Of a stretch of DNA of 64,000 nucleotides, positions 11,307-20,533 are shown piece by piece (within the stretch, counting starts at the first letter, position 1; each line of letters begins with the position of its first letter). Origin of the DNA: an uncultured Spirochaetota bacterium (GTDB lineage: Bacteria; Spirochaetota; Spirochaetia; SZUA-6; Fen-1364); the NCBI GenBank assembly GCA_963845325.1, contig CAWJRT010000001.1, positions 59,598 through 123,597 of the forward strand, read 5' to 3'. The translations under genes were made by a program, and so were the position numbers. Under the pieces are notes generated by a model that worked only from the letters and a program-made list of their open reading frames with translations, was not told the DNA's origin and ran no database searches.

Positions 11307-12665
11307 ATGAGCTCGCTGCTCCTGAAGGACTGTTTCCACATCCAGTCCTCGGCAGATTCCGAGGGCTTCCGCGGCGCCGACATCCTCATCGTGGACGGAT
11401 CCATTACCCGGATCGGCCGCGGGATCCCGCTCCCGCAGGATGCGCGGGCCATCGACTGCTCGCACCACGTCGTTGTCCCGGGGTTTGTCAACACGCACCA
11501 CCATTTTTTCCAGACGCTGACACGGAACCTGCCGGCGGTCCAGGACGCCAAGCTGTTCGACTGGCTGGTCTACCTCTACGAGATCTGGAAGAGGATCGAC
11601 GGGGAGGCAGTGTACTGGTCGTCGATTCTCGCCATGGGCGAGCTCTTGAAGACAGGGTGCACCTGCTCGACTGACCACCTCTACCTGTATCCCCGGGGAG
11701 TGCATGACGACTTTCCGGGCCTGCAGTTCAAGGCCGCGGAAACGATGGGCATGAGGTTTTCGCCCTCGCGGGGCTCGATGTCCCTGGGCAAGAAGGATGG
11801 CGGGCTGCCGCCGGACAGCGTGGTGCAGGATGAAGAGACCATCCTCGCCGACAGCGAGCGCGCCATTGCCGCCTACCACGACCCGTCCCCCCGGGCCATG
11901 CGGAAGATCGTGCTGGCCCCGTGCAGCCCGTTTTCCGTGAGCGAACGGCTGATGCTGGAGTCCGCCCGCCTGGCGCGCCGGCACGGAGTGCGGCTTCACA
12001 CCCACCTGGCAGAGACTGCTGACGAGGACACGTACTGCCTTTCCAAGTACGGGGTGCGGCCCGTGGAGCTGATGGAACGATGCGAGTTCATCGGGCCGGA
12101 CGTCTTCTACGCGCACGGCATCTTCTTCAACGACGAGGAGCTTGCAACCCTCCACGCGCGCGGCGCGCACATCGCGCACTGCCCGTCGTCCAACATGCGG
12201 CTTGGTTCAGGGGTCTGCAGGGTGCGCGACATGCTGGATATCGGGATTCCGGTTGCACTCGCCGTGGACGGCTCGGCATCCAACGACACTTCCGATTTCC
12301 TTGGAGAGATGCGCCAGGCCCTCCTCCTGCAGAGGGTGTGGAGGGGCAGCGGCGCGCTGGGCGCGCGCGACGTCTTGAGGATGGCCACCGTCACGGGCGC
12401 AAAGGCGCTGGGTTTCGAAGGCATTGGGAAGGTTGAAGAGGGGTTCGCCGCTGACCTGGCGATTTTCGACATTGGGAAGCTGGAGTACTGCGGAAGCCTC
12501 TCGGATCCGTTCGCTGCCCTCCTGTTCGCGGGCTACAACCACGGAACGGAGTATACCATCTGCAACGGCAGGGTGGTTGTGGACAAGGGACGGCTCACCG
12601 GCGTGGACGAAGAGGAGCTCGTCCGGAAAGCAAACCAGATCTCCGGGCGACTCACGGGGACCTGA
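11307..12665 (+). CDS. Amidohydrolase of the ATZ/TRZ / 8-oxoguanine-deaminase / SsnA-like group
   Basis: Intact 452-aa ORF with PGFVNTHHHFFQ, HTHLAETADE, AHCPSSNMRLGSG and AVDGSASND. Confidence 0.8.
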   Translation: MSSLLLKDCFHIQSSADSEGFRGADILIVDGSITRIGRGIPLPQDARAIDCSHHVVVPGFVNTHHHFFQTLTRNLPAVQDAKLFDWLVYLYEIWKRIDGEAVYWSSILAMGELLKTGCTCSTDHLYLYPRGVHDDFPGLQFKAAETMGMRFSPSRGSMSLGKKDGGLPPDSVVQDEETILADSERAIAAYHDPSPRAMRKIVLAPCSPFSVSERLMLESARLARRHGVRLHTHLAETADEDTYCLSKYGVRPVELMERCEFIGPDVFYAHGIFFNDEELATLHARGAHIAHCPSSNMRLGSGVCRVRDMLDIGIPVALAVDGSASNDTSDFLGEMRQALLLQRVWRGSGALGARDVLRMATVTGAKALGFEGIGKVEEGFAADLAIFDIGKLEYCGSLSDPFAALLFAGYNHGTEYTICNGRVVVDKGRLTGVDEEELVRKANQISGRLTGT

Positions 12666-12721
12666 GCCCCCACTCCGGGCTGCCTGCAGCCGGTTGTCTC
12701 CCGCGCGGCAGCCCCGAGGCG

Positions 12722-13000
12722 CTACTCCTTCCTGCCCGTCAGCTTGATGATGTGGTGGCCGAACTGGGTGGAGACCACATCACTGAGCGAGCCGTGGGAA
12801 AGCCTTTTGCAGGCTGCCTCGAACGCTGAAACCATCTTGCCCGGCCCGAACCAGCCAAGGTCTCCGCCCCGCGACTTCGAAGGGCACGTGGAATGCTCCC
12901 GGGCCATTGCCTCAAAGCTTGCCCCGAGCTTGATCTTCTTCAAGAGCTCATTTGCCAGCTGCCGATCCTTGACGAGTATGTGGCTTGCACGCCATTCCAT
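12722..13000 (-). CDS. Parvulin-type peptidyl-prolyl cis-trans isomerase
   Basis: ASHILV...FEAMAREHSTCPSKSRGGDLGWFGPGKMV..FE...FGHHIIK. The start is set at the internal Met (MEWRASH). Confidence 0.8.
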   Translation of the reverse strand: MEWRASHILVKDRQLANELLKKIKLGASFEAMAREHSTCPSKSRGGDLGWFGPGKMVSAFEAACKRLSHGSLSDVVSTQFGHHIIKLTGRKE

Positions 13001-13146
13001 GGTGTCCTCCGGGATTATTGCTCCATGATAGTGAAAAACCCGCGCCATGACCACGGCTTCCGCAACGCGAGCGGAAGGCAAAGCGTTTCGGGCTGGTGAG
13101 GAAGTCGAAACGACGACGAAATGTACAGTTCGTCGTGTTCGCGTTC

Positions 13147-13641
13147 CTATGCGCGCTTGATCCTCAGCGAAAGCACGTCCCGCCCCGACTTGCGGAACCC
13201 AAGCCTCGCGTACGCGGCGGCGCTCGCGAGGCGGTCCCGCGGCCGGCCGTTGGCCAGCTCGATACGGATCGACGTGGACCCCTGCGGTGCAACTTTCGCG
13301 ACGAGCAGGAGAAAGTCTCCGGCCAGGTCCAGCGCGCGGAGATGCGGTTCGACGTACAGCTCATCCGCGACGAGCACGGTGCCGCACTCCGCGCTGCTCC
13401 AGCAGTTCACAAGGTAGCAGAACCCTGCCAGCCTCTGTTCGCGCTCGAAGACGTAGACCGAGCCCTTGCCCCTGGCTGGCTGAAGCTCCTTCACGGTTGC
13501 GAGGACTCGCTGCGGGTCGAAGGGCGGGAGATCCCGCCTCTCGGCCCAAGCGGCCTGAGCCAGCCTGAGGAAGATGGGAACGTCCTGTGGAGTGAGCAGC
13601 CTGTAAGTCGCCTTTGCGGACACCAGCGTGTAGTCGAGCAT
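13147..13641 (-). CDS. GNAT-family N-acetyltransferase
   Basis: 164-aa ORF with an acetyl-CoA-binding-like region near the C-terminus (ANGRPRDRLASAAAYARLGF). This is a weaker, family-level call. Confidence 0.55.
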   Translation of the reverse strand: MLDYTLVSAKATYRLLTPQDVPIFLRLAQAAWAERRDLPPFDPQRVLATVKELQPARGKGSVYVFEREQRLAGFCYLVNCWSSAECGTVLVADELYVEPHLRALDLAGDFLLLVAKVAPQGSTSIRIELANGRPRDRLASAAAYARLGFRKSGRDVLSLRIKRA

Positions 13642-13671
13642 GTTCTTTCCTTCTATAGAAGTGCGCTCGGG

Positions 13672-13701
13672 TTGTCAAATCATGATTCCGTGTCGTACAA
13701 T
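13672..13701 (+). promoter_or_regulatory. Sigma70-like promoter TTGTCA-N18-TACAAT placed for a leaderless xdh-operon mRNA
   Basis: The -10 element ends 6 nt before the ATG at 13708. There is no room for a Shine-Dalgarno sequence. Confidence 0.4.
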
Positions 13702-13707
13702 CGACGA

Positions 13708-14488
13708 ATGATCACCGACATCGTGCGGCCGAGGACCGTGGCCGAAGCGGTCAAGGCGCGGTCTGCCCCGGGGTCGGCTTAGCTGGGCGGCGGCACGTGG
13801 TTGAACTCCGGGAAGGCGGAGCACGTCACGACGCTGGTGTCGCTGGAGAATCTCGGGCTGGACATCGATCCGGGCGGAAGCGGGGCGCTGTCACGTCGGT
13901 GCAGCCGTCACTTTCCAGGAGCTTGTGGACAGCAGCCTGGTGCCGACGCGCCCTGCGGGCGGCGTCCAGGCTGACCGCGTCACGGACTCTTCGAAACATG
14001 GTCACGGTGGGCGGCGAGCTCGGGCTCCTCCCGGAGGATTCCGCCCTCATCCCGGCGCTCATCGCACTCGGCGCTGATGTCACCCTTGCGGGAAAGAAGA
14101 AGCCCGTGCCCATCCGGAGTTTTCTCGATCAGGGCAGCACCGGCCTCATCCTCGGCCTCTCGGTTGCGGATTCTCTCCTCGCCGCCGTCCGCGCGGTCTC
14201 CCGCACGTCTCACAGCCCGCGGTCCCTGGTGGCCGCGGTGAGCGCGCGCGCGGCGGCTCCCCGGCTGCAGGCCCCGGTGATCGTGGTGAGTGACTGCCGC
14301 GGTCATCTCGTGCGGCTGGAGGACGCTGAGACCCGTCTGGCCGGCGCGGCCCTCCCTCCGCGGGAGACAATCGAGCAGCTCGCGCGCGCGGGGTTCTCCC
14401 CGTGCCGGACCTGCATGCCTCCGTGGAATACAAGCGGTACATGGCGGGCGTCCTCGTCGCCGACCTGCTGGCTTCCGTCGCCGGATGA
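13708..14488 (+). CDS. FAD-binding subunit of a xanthine-dehydrogenase-family molybdoenzyme (YgfM-like). Contains an in-frame TAG at 13780 plus about 3 frameshifts.
   Basis: MITDIVRPRTVAEAVKA...SA-TAG-LGGGTWL is the FAD-binding LxGGT motif. It continues as VGAAVTFQELV, then RTLRNMVTVGGEL, and ends HASVEYKRYMAGVLVADLL-stop. These segments lie in successive frames. Confidence 0.7.
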
Positions 14489-17302
14489 GAATCACTTTTA
14501 CCCTCAACAGGGCCGTTCGCGCGGTTTCCGCAGAGCCGGGAGAGAGCCTGCAGGCGCTGCTCCAGCGGATCGGCATTCCCTCGGTGCGCGCTGCCGACGA
14601 CGGCGAGGGCTTCGCCGGGGCAGACACGATCCTCTTCGACGGCACGGCGGTCCTTGCCGGGCTCATGGTTGCCGGCCAGGCGGAGGGGCACTCGATAGAG
14701 ACGGTGGAGAGCCTCATGGAGAACGGGAGGCTCTCCGCTCTGCAGGGAGCCATGCTGGATGCCGGCGTCGTGCAGTCCGCATTCACCAGTCCAGCCGCGG
14801 CTCTCCTTATCGAGGAGCTGCTGCGACGATCACCCGAGCCCACCGAGGGAAGACGTCGCGGATGCGCTCTCGGGCCTGTTCAGCAGGGCCACCGGCTGAC
14901 GAGCAGTTCTACCTCGCCGTGGAGCTCGCGCCGCCGCCGCAGGACGGATCCCGCGTTCACCCTGCCGGTTGCCGAGGAGTTCCGGGACGACCTTCGCGTG
15001 ATCGGCAAGAACCGGCGCCGCGTTGACGGCACGAAGCTCGTTGCCGGGATGAAAGCGTACGTCGAGGACCGGGTGGAACCGGGAAGCTGCGTTCTGCTCA
15101 TGCTCCGCAGTCCGCACGCGCATGCGCGGATCCGGGGCATCGACACCCGCGCGGCCGAGGCGCTGCCCGGGGTCGTTGCCATCGTCACGCACGCCAACTG
15201 CCCGGATTTCCTGTACACCATGGCAGGGCAGGGCTTTCCCGAGCCGTCCCCGTACGACTTCCGCATGTTCAGCCCGGTTGTCCGCCACGTGGGGGACCGG
15301 GTTGCGGCGGTCGTTGCCGAGGACGAGCACGCGGCGGCGGCAGCGCTGAAGCTGCATCGTCGGTGAACTACGAAGTGCTTCCCGCGGTACTTTCCATCGA
15401 CGCTGCAAAGGCCGCCGGCGCGCCTCTTGTTCACGGCGACCAGCTGGACAAGATCCGGTGCGAGCTCTCCATCGGCTCGGACCCGCGCCGCAACCTCGCC
15501 GCCAGCGCCGCGGGTTCCATCGGCGACGTGGAAAAGGGTTTCGCGGAAGCGGATGCGGTCATCGAGCGCACGTACAGGACCAGCAAGGTGCAGTGCACGC
15601 CCGTCGAGCCGCACGTCGTGTACACGAAGATGGACGGCGACCGGCTGGTCATCCACGCCTCCACCCAGGTGCCCTGGCACCTGCGGAGGATCGTGGCGCG
15701 TGTCCTGGGCATCCGGGAGAACCGGATCCGCGTGATCAAGGAGCGCATGGGCGGCGGCTACGGAAGCAAGCAGGACATCCTCCTGGAAGACGTCTGCGCC
15801 TGGGCCACGCTGCAGACGGGCCGGGCCGTCTTCTACAAGTACACGCGGGAAGAGGAGTTCATCGCCGCCACGACGCGGCATCCCTTCGATGTGACGGTGA
15901 AGATCGGGGGGAAGAAGGACGGCACGATCACCGCCATCCGGCTCACCGCCGACGTGGACACCGGTGCGTATGGCAACCACGCGCTCACCGTGCCCATGAA
16001 TGCCTGCTCCAAGTCCCTGCCCCTGTTCCGCTGCGACAACGTCTCCTTCGAGGTGAAGAGCTGGTACACCAACCACGTCTCGTCGGGCGCCTACCAGGGC
16101 TACGGCGCGCCGCAGGGGTCGTTCGCCGTGCAGATGGCCGCCGCCGAGCTTGCAGCCGAGCTGGGAATCGACCACCTGGCGTTCCTGGAGAAGAACCGGG
16201 TCCGGGAAGGGGACGTGCTGGAGATCCTGAAGTCACTCGGCGAGGGCCGGCCCGGAGAAGTCGTGACCGTCGGGAGCTGCGGGCTGGACAAGGCTCTCGC
16301 CCTGGGACGGGCAGAGCATCGAGTTGGGATGCAGCGCGCTCGATCCCAGGATCCCGACGTGAAGATCGGCAAGGGCGTGGCCATCATCCAGCAGGGCTCG
16401 GGGCTCCCGGGCCTCGACCAGGCCTGCGCCGATGTGCGGCTTCTTTCCGACGGAACGTTCATGGTCCTCTCGGGCGGCGCGGACCTCGGCACGGGCCTGG
16501 ACACCGTGCTGGCCAAGATCGCCGCGGAGACCCTGTGCTGCGACGTGGAGAACGTCGCCGTTCTGACAGGTGACACCGACACGACACCCTTCGACAAGGG
16601 CGCCTATGCCTCCAGCGGCACTTACTTCACCGGCAACGCGGTCCTGAAGGCATCAGAGGCCCTCGGCGGACCGGATGCTCGCCATGGTGGCCGCGGTCCT
16701 GAAGGAGCCGGTAGAAGGGATCGCGCTGGAGCACCCCGGCGTGCTGAAGGGTACGCGGGGAAGCTTCACTTTCGCCGCGCTTGCCCATCGCTGCGCCACC
16801 GGCCACGGGGAAGGCGACCTCGTGGGAAGCGCCTCCTTCACCTCCCACGACAACGCCATTCCTTATGCCGCGCACTTCTGCGAAGTCGCCGTGAACTCCC
16901 GGACGGGCGCCGTCGATGTGCGCCGCTACCACGCCGTGCATGACAGCGGCACGCCGATCAATCCCGAGCTGGCCATGGGCCAGGTCTACGGCGGCGTGCT
17001 GAAATCAATCGGCCACGCTCTTTACGAAGAAATGATATTTGACGAGGAGGGGCGGTGCCTTACAACCGGACTCGGCGTCTACGGGGTGCCGATGATCCAG
17101 GAGCTGCCCCGGGATTTCCGGCGTCCGCATGATCCAGACCGAGGACCGCTTCGGCCCCTTCGGGGGCAAGAGCGTTGCGGAGATCAGCGTGAACGGAGCG
17201 GCTCCCGCCCTTGCAACCGCCATCCACGACGCCGTCGGCGTCTGGATCCGCGACTGGCCCATGGTCCCTGAGAAGATACTTGCTGCACTGGGGAGGATCT
17301 GA
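14485..17302 (+). CDS. xdhD: XdhD-type molybdopterin hydroxylase large subunit with an N-terminal cysteine-less 2Fe-2S-like domain. At least 7 frame disruptions.
   Basis: The N-terminal domain reads MRITFTLN...DDGEGFAGADTILFDG...VQSAFTSPAA...FSRATG. The Mo domain reads LRSPHAHARI, RHVGDRVAAVVAE, IHASTQVPWHLRR, ERMGGGYGSKQD, AYQGYGAPQG, GGADLGTGLDT and GKSVAEISVNGAAPA. The ATGA start overlaps the upstream gene and the stop overlaps the ygeW ATG. Confidence 0.8.
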
Positions 17303-18501
17303 TGGCTGCCATGACCGCGCACGACATCCACCGCATGATCGACGGCCTTTCCGCCGGTGCGCTGGGAGAATTGAAAGGGCGCGACTTCCTGCTGACCTGG
17401 GACAAGAGCCGGGAGCAACTGGAGACCATCCTTCAGGTCGCCCTGGTCCTGAAAGCCCTGCGGACGAGCAACATTTCCCCCCGGGTGTACGACAGCGGTC
17501 TTGCCGTGTCCCTGTTCCGCGACAATTCCACCCGCACCCGGTTCAGCTTCGCTTCCGCGTGCAACCTCCTGGGCCTGACGGTGTCCGACCTGGACGAGGG
17601 CAAGAGCCAGATCGCGCATGGCGAGACGGTGCGGGAAACGGCGAACATGGTTTCCTTCATGGCCGAGGTGGTGGGGATCCGCGACGATATGTACATCGGC
17701 AAGGGCCACACCTACATGCTCCAGGTGGCCGAGGCACTGGCGCAGGGGCATCGCGACGGCGTGCTGGAGCAGCGGCCCACCGTTGTGAACCTCCAGTGCG
17801 ACATCGACCACCCGACGCAGTCCATGGCAGACCTCCTGCACCTGGTCTCGGAATCCGGGGGCGTGGAGAAGCTGAAGGGGAAAAAGGTCGCCATGACGTG
17901 GGCGTACTCTCCATCCTACGGAAAGCCCCTTTCCGTGCCCCAGGGAGTCATCGGGCTGTTCACCCGGTTCGGGATGGACGTTCGGCTGGCGTATCCTGAG
18001 GGGTACTCCCTCATGCCGGATGTCGTGGACAAGGCAGGGAAGTTCGCCAGGGAGGCACGCGGAGGATTCCGCGTGTGCGGGTCCATGCAGGAAGCATTCG
18101 ATGGCGCAGATTTCGTCTACCCGAAGAGCTGGGCGCCGTTTTCAGTCATGGAAGAGCGCACCGTCCTCGTGGAATCCGGAGACCGGCAGAAGCTCCAGGA
18201 GCTGGAGAAGCGATGCCTGGAAAACAACGCGCGCTTCCAGGACTGGCAGTGCACCCGGGAGCTGATGGCAAAGACCAACAACGCCCTGTACCTGCACTGC
18301 CTGCCGGCCGACATCACGGGGGTGAGCTGCGCGCGCGGGGAGGTGGCGGCGGACGTCTTTGATCGGTTCCGCACGCCGCTGTACCGGCAGGCGAGCTGGA
18401 AGCCGTACATCATTGCCGCCATGATCTTTGCGTCGCGCATGCCCAACGCCCGGGCGGCGCTGTCCATGCTCCTGGACAGGTCGGAAACCCGCGTGACCTA
18501 G
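17302..18501 (+). CDS. ygeW: YgeW-type knotted carbamoyltransferase
   Basis: Intact 399-aa ORF with the FRDNSTRTRFSF (STRTR) and HCLPA motifs. The length and the extra N-terminal segment are typical of YgeW rather than OTC/ATC. Confidence 0.85.
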   Translation: MAAMTAHDIHRMIDGLSAGALGELKGRDFLLTWDKSREQLETILQVALVLKALRTSNISPRVYDSGLAVSLFRDNSTRTRFSFASACNLLGLTVSDLDEGKSQIAHGETVRETANMVSFMAEVVGIRDDMYIGKGHTYMLQVAEALAQGHRDGVLEQRPTVVNLQCDIDHPTQSMADLLHLVSESGGVEKLKGKKVAMTWAYSPSYGKPLSVPQGVIGLFTRFGMDVRLAYPEGYSLMPDVVDKAGKFAREARGGFRVCGSMQEAFDGADFVYPKSWAPFSVMEERTVLVESGDRQKLQELEKRCLENNARFQDWQCTRELMAKTNNALYLHCLPADITGVSCARGEVAADVFDRFRTPLYRQASWKPYIIAAMIFASRMPNARAALSMLLDRSETRVT

Positions 18502-18511
18502 GAGGCAGTCC

Positions 18512-20380
18512 ATGGACCAGAAGGTTTTGCTGCTGGACGCGCAGACGGGCTTCTACAGGGTGCGCCGCTACCCGGTGGGCAGGTTCTTCGGTCCTGTTGA
18601 CCTCGGGCTTCATCTCTCATCCCGAACGCAGTCGATCAATATCGGGGTCGGCCTCCTGGCCGGCTCCATTTTCCCCGGCTCGAACCGCCTGTTCGTCACC
18701 GGTTTTTCCCCGTGCTGGCGTGGGTTCTACGTCTCCTCCATGGGCGGCGCGGGCCTCGTGTTCGACAATCTGGGCATCAACTCCGTGTCCATCATCGGAA
18801 AGTGCCCGGTCCCCTCGGTGCTGTTTCTCAATCGAAGCGGCGGCGAGGAGGTGGAGGTCGAGCTGGAGCCGCTGGATCCGCTTTCCATCTGGAAGTCCGG
18901 TCGAGGCGGGGTCTACGCAATGCTGGATCATGTCTATGAGAAGTTCGGGAAACGCTACGCCACGGATCCCCGTGTCCTTGCCACGGGTCCCGCCGCCCTG
19001 GCAACCGACATGGGAGGCATTGTTTCCGTTCCGATCAGCCAGGGCCGGTTGAGCGCGGTTGACACCTGGGCCGGCAGGGGCGGCATGGGCAGCAAGCTCC
19101 TGCGGGAGCACGGGATCGCGGCAATCATCTACGGCGGCACCTACGTTGATGAAGATTTCCGGGACCGCAAGGTGGCCGATGCATGGTTCGAGACGAAGTA
19201 CAAGCAGCGGCTGCTCGCCAAGGACCTGGAAGCCACCACGAAGTACCGGTTTGACCCGAAGTTCAACACCGGCGGCACCTTCGGAGTGAACTACGCCACC
19301 GTCGGCGGACGGCTCATGGCGTTCAACTACCGCACGATCTTTGATCCCGAGGATACTCGTCTTGCACTGTACGAGCGGCTGATCATCGGGCATTACCTGA
19401 GGCAGTTCAACGAGGAAACCATCGTCACGCGCCGACAACATACCTGCGGCGAGCCCTGTGCCGCGGTCTGCAAGAAGATGAAGGACGATTTCAAGAAGGA
19501 CTACGAGCCGTACCAGGCCATGGGTCCCCTCTGCGGCATCTTCGATCAGCGTGCCGCGGAAGAGCTGTGCCACCACGCTGACTCGCTGGGATTCGACGGC
19601 ATCTCCGCGGGGGGTGTCCTTGCGTGGCTGATGGACCTGCTCGCTGCGGGAACGCTTTCAAAAGAGGACCTCGGGGTCTCAGGCATTCCCCGGTGGACTG
19701 CCGAAGGATTCGATCCCGTCCAGGATTCAGCGCACAATGCGGCACTCGGCGTGGAGCTTCTGGATTCCATGATCGAAAAGCGCGGGGTCATGGACATGTC
19801 CGACGGCGCCCGGAAGTGGGGACGGCGGCTCTCGCGCGAGCGCCGCCTGCGTCTCCTGGATTCGTTTGTGTTCATGTCATTCGGCCGGCAGGGATGGATG
19901 GTTCCCAACCAGTACTGGACGCCGGGAGTGCTCGCGCCCATGGCCATCGCGGGCAAATACTACATGTACTACGGGCAGGCCTTTGCGCCGCCCCGCGAGC
20001 TGGGACGGATGTGCGCCGAGCGGTTCCAGAAGGAGCTTGTCATGGACACGGCCGGATTCTGCCGTTTCCACCGCGGGTGGGCCGAGGACACGGTGCCGGA
20101 CATCTTCGGCAGCCTCTACGGAATGAAGGACGAGCTGCTTGCCGCCACGGCGGTGACCGCAACCAGGATCAACTCCCGCAACGCCTCCGTGTACTGGGAG
20201 TCCGAGCGTGACGTCGATTTTGTCCGCACGTTCCTTACCCGGCTGCGCGACGTGGACGGAGAGACGGACCCGAAGCTGCTGGACTGGATCGCGCGATTCG
20301 ATGCCGACCGCAAGGAAGCGGCCCTGGACTGGTGGTTCGAGATGCGCAAGGGCATTGACGAGAGCCTTCGGGAGTTCTGA
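18512..20380 (+). CDS. Aldehyde:ferredoxin oxidoreductase (AOR) family tungsto/molybdopterin protein, divergent
   Basis: Intact 622-aa ORF with AGRGGMGSKLLREHGIAAIIYGG, CGEPCAAVCKK and DTAGFCRFHR. Confidence 0.7.
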   Translation: MDQKVLLLDAQTGFYRVRRYPVGRFFGPVDLGLHLSSRTQSINIGVGLLAGSIFPGSNRLFVTGFSPCWRGFYVSSMGGAGLVFDNLGINSVSIIGKCPVPSVLFLNRSGGEEVEVELEPLDPLSIWKSGRGGVYAMLDHVYEKFGKRYATDPRVLATGPAALATDMGGIVSVPISQGRLSAVDTWAGRGGMGSKLLREHGIAAIIYGGTYVDEDFRDRKVADAWFETKYKQRLLAKDLEATTKYRFDPKFNTGGTFGVNYATVGGRLMAFNYRTIFDPEDTRLALYERLIIGHYLRQFNEETIVTRRQHTCGEPCAAVCKKMKDDFKKDYEPYQAMGPLCGIFDQRAAEELCHHADSLGFDGISAGGVLAWLMDLLAAGTLSKEDLGVSGIPRWTAEGFDPVQDSAHNAALGVELLDSMIEKRGVMDMSDGARKWGRRLSRERRLRLLDSFVFMSFGRQGWMVPNQYWTPGVLAPMAIAGKYYMYYGQAFAPPRELGRMCAERFQKELVMDTAGFCRFHRGWAEDTVPDIFGSLYGMKDELLAATAVTATRINSRNASVYWESERDVDFVRTFLTRLRDVDGETDPKLLDWIARFDADRKEAALDWWFEMRKGIDESLREF

Positions 20381-20428
20381 GAGGGTTGCTTCACCGGGGT
20401 CCGGCCGTGGTGCCAGTCAGCATTTTTC

Positions 20429-20457
20429 TTGACAACCGGCGTTTCATGCCCCATAGT
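20429..20457 (+). promoter_or_regulatory. Candidate sigma70 promoter TTGACA-N17-CATAGT
   Basis: A perfect -35 hexamer lies in a short T-rich patch. The -10 element falls inside the left arm of the palindrome. Confidence 0.4.
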
Positions 20458-20490
20458 CTGCGCAACCGGTTGCACAGACTATGGGGCATG
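20445..20490. promoter_or_regulatory. 46-bp near-perfect palindrome with a LacI/GalR-type operator core (CGCAACC|GGTTGCA)
   Basis: The sequence is catgccccatagtctgCgcaacc|ggttgcAcagactatggggcatg, 22 of 23 positions self-complementary. It overlaps the candidate -10 element upstream of the first URO-D-like gene and the LacI gene. Confidence 0.6.
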
Positions 20491-20533
20491 GCGACGATGA
20501 GACGGGAGCGTTCGCCCCTGAAGGAGCACGGGG

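Noticed and set aside
12666-12721. Bidirectional terminator between the convergent amidohydrolase and parvulin genes (GGGCTGCC...GGCAGCCC)
   Set aside because: The 8-bp stem is separated by a 22-nt loop and has no U-tract, so the evidence is too weak to call.
13780-13782. Stop-codon recoding: TAG as pyrrolysine here, and TGA as selenocysteine at 62139-62141 or inside xdhD near 14893
   Set aside because: No pyl genes and no SECIS-like hairpin were seen downstream. The TGA in xdhD disappears when a single-base shift restores the conserved sequence. Homologous positions are ordinary residues.
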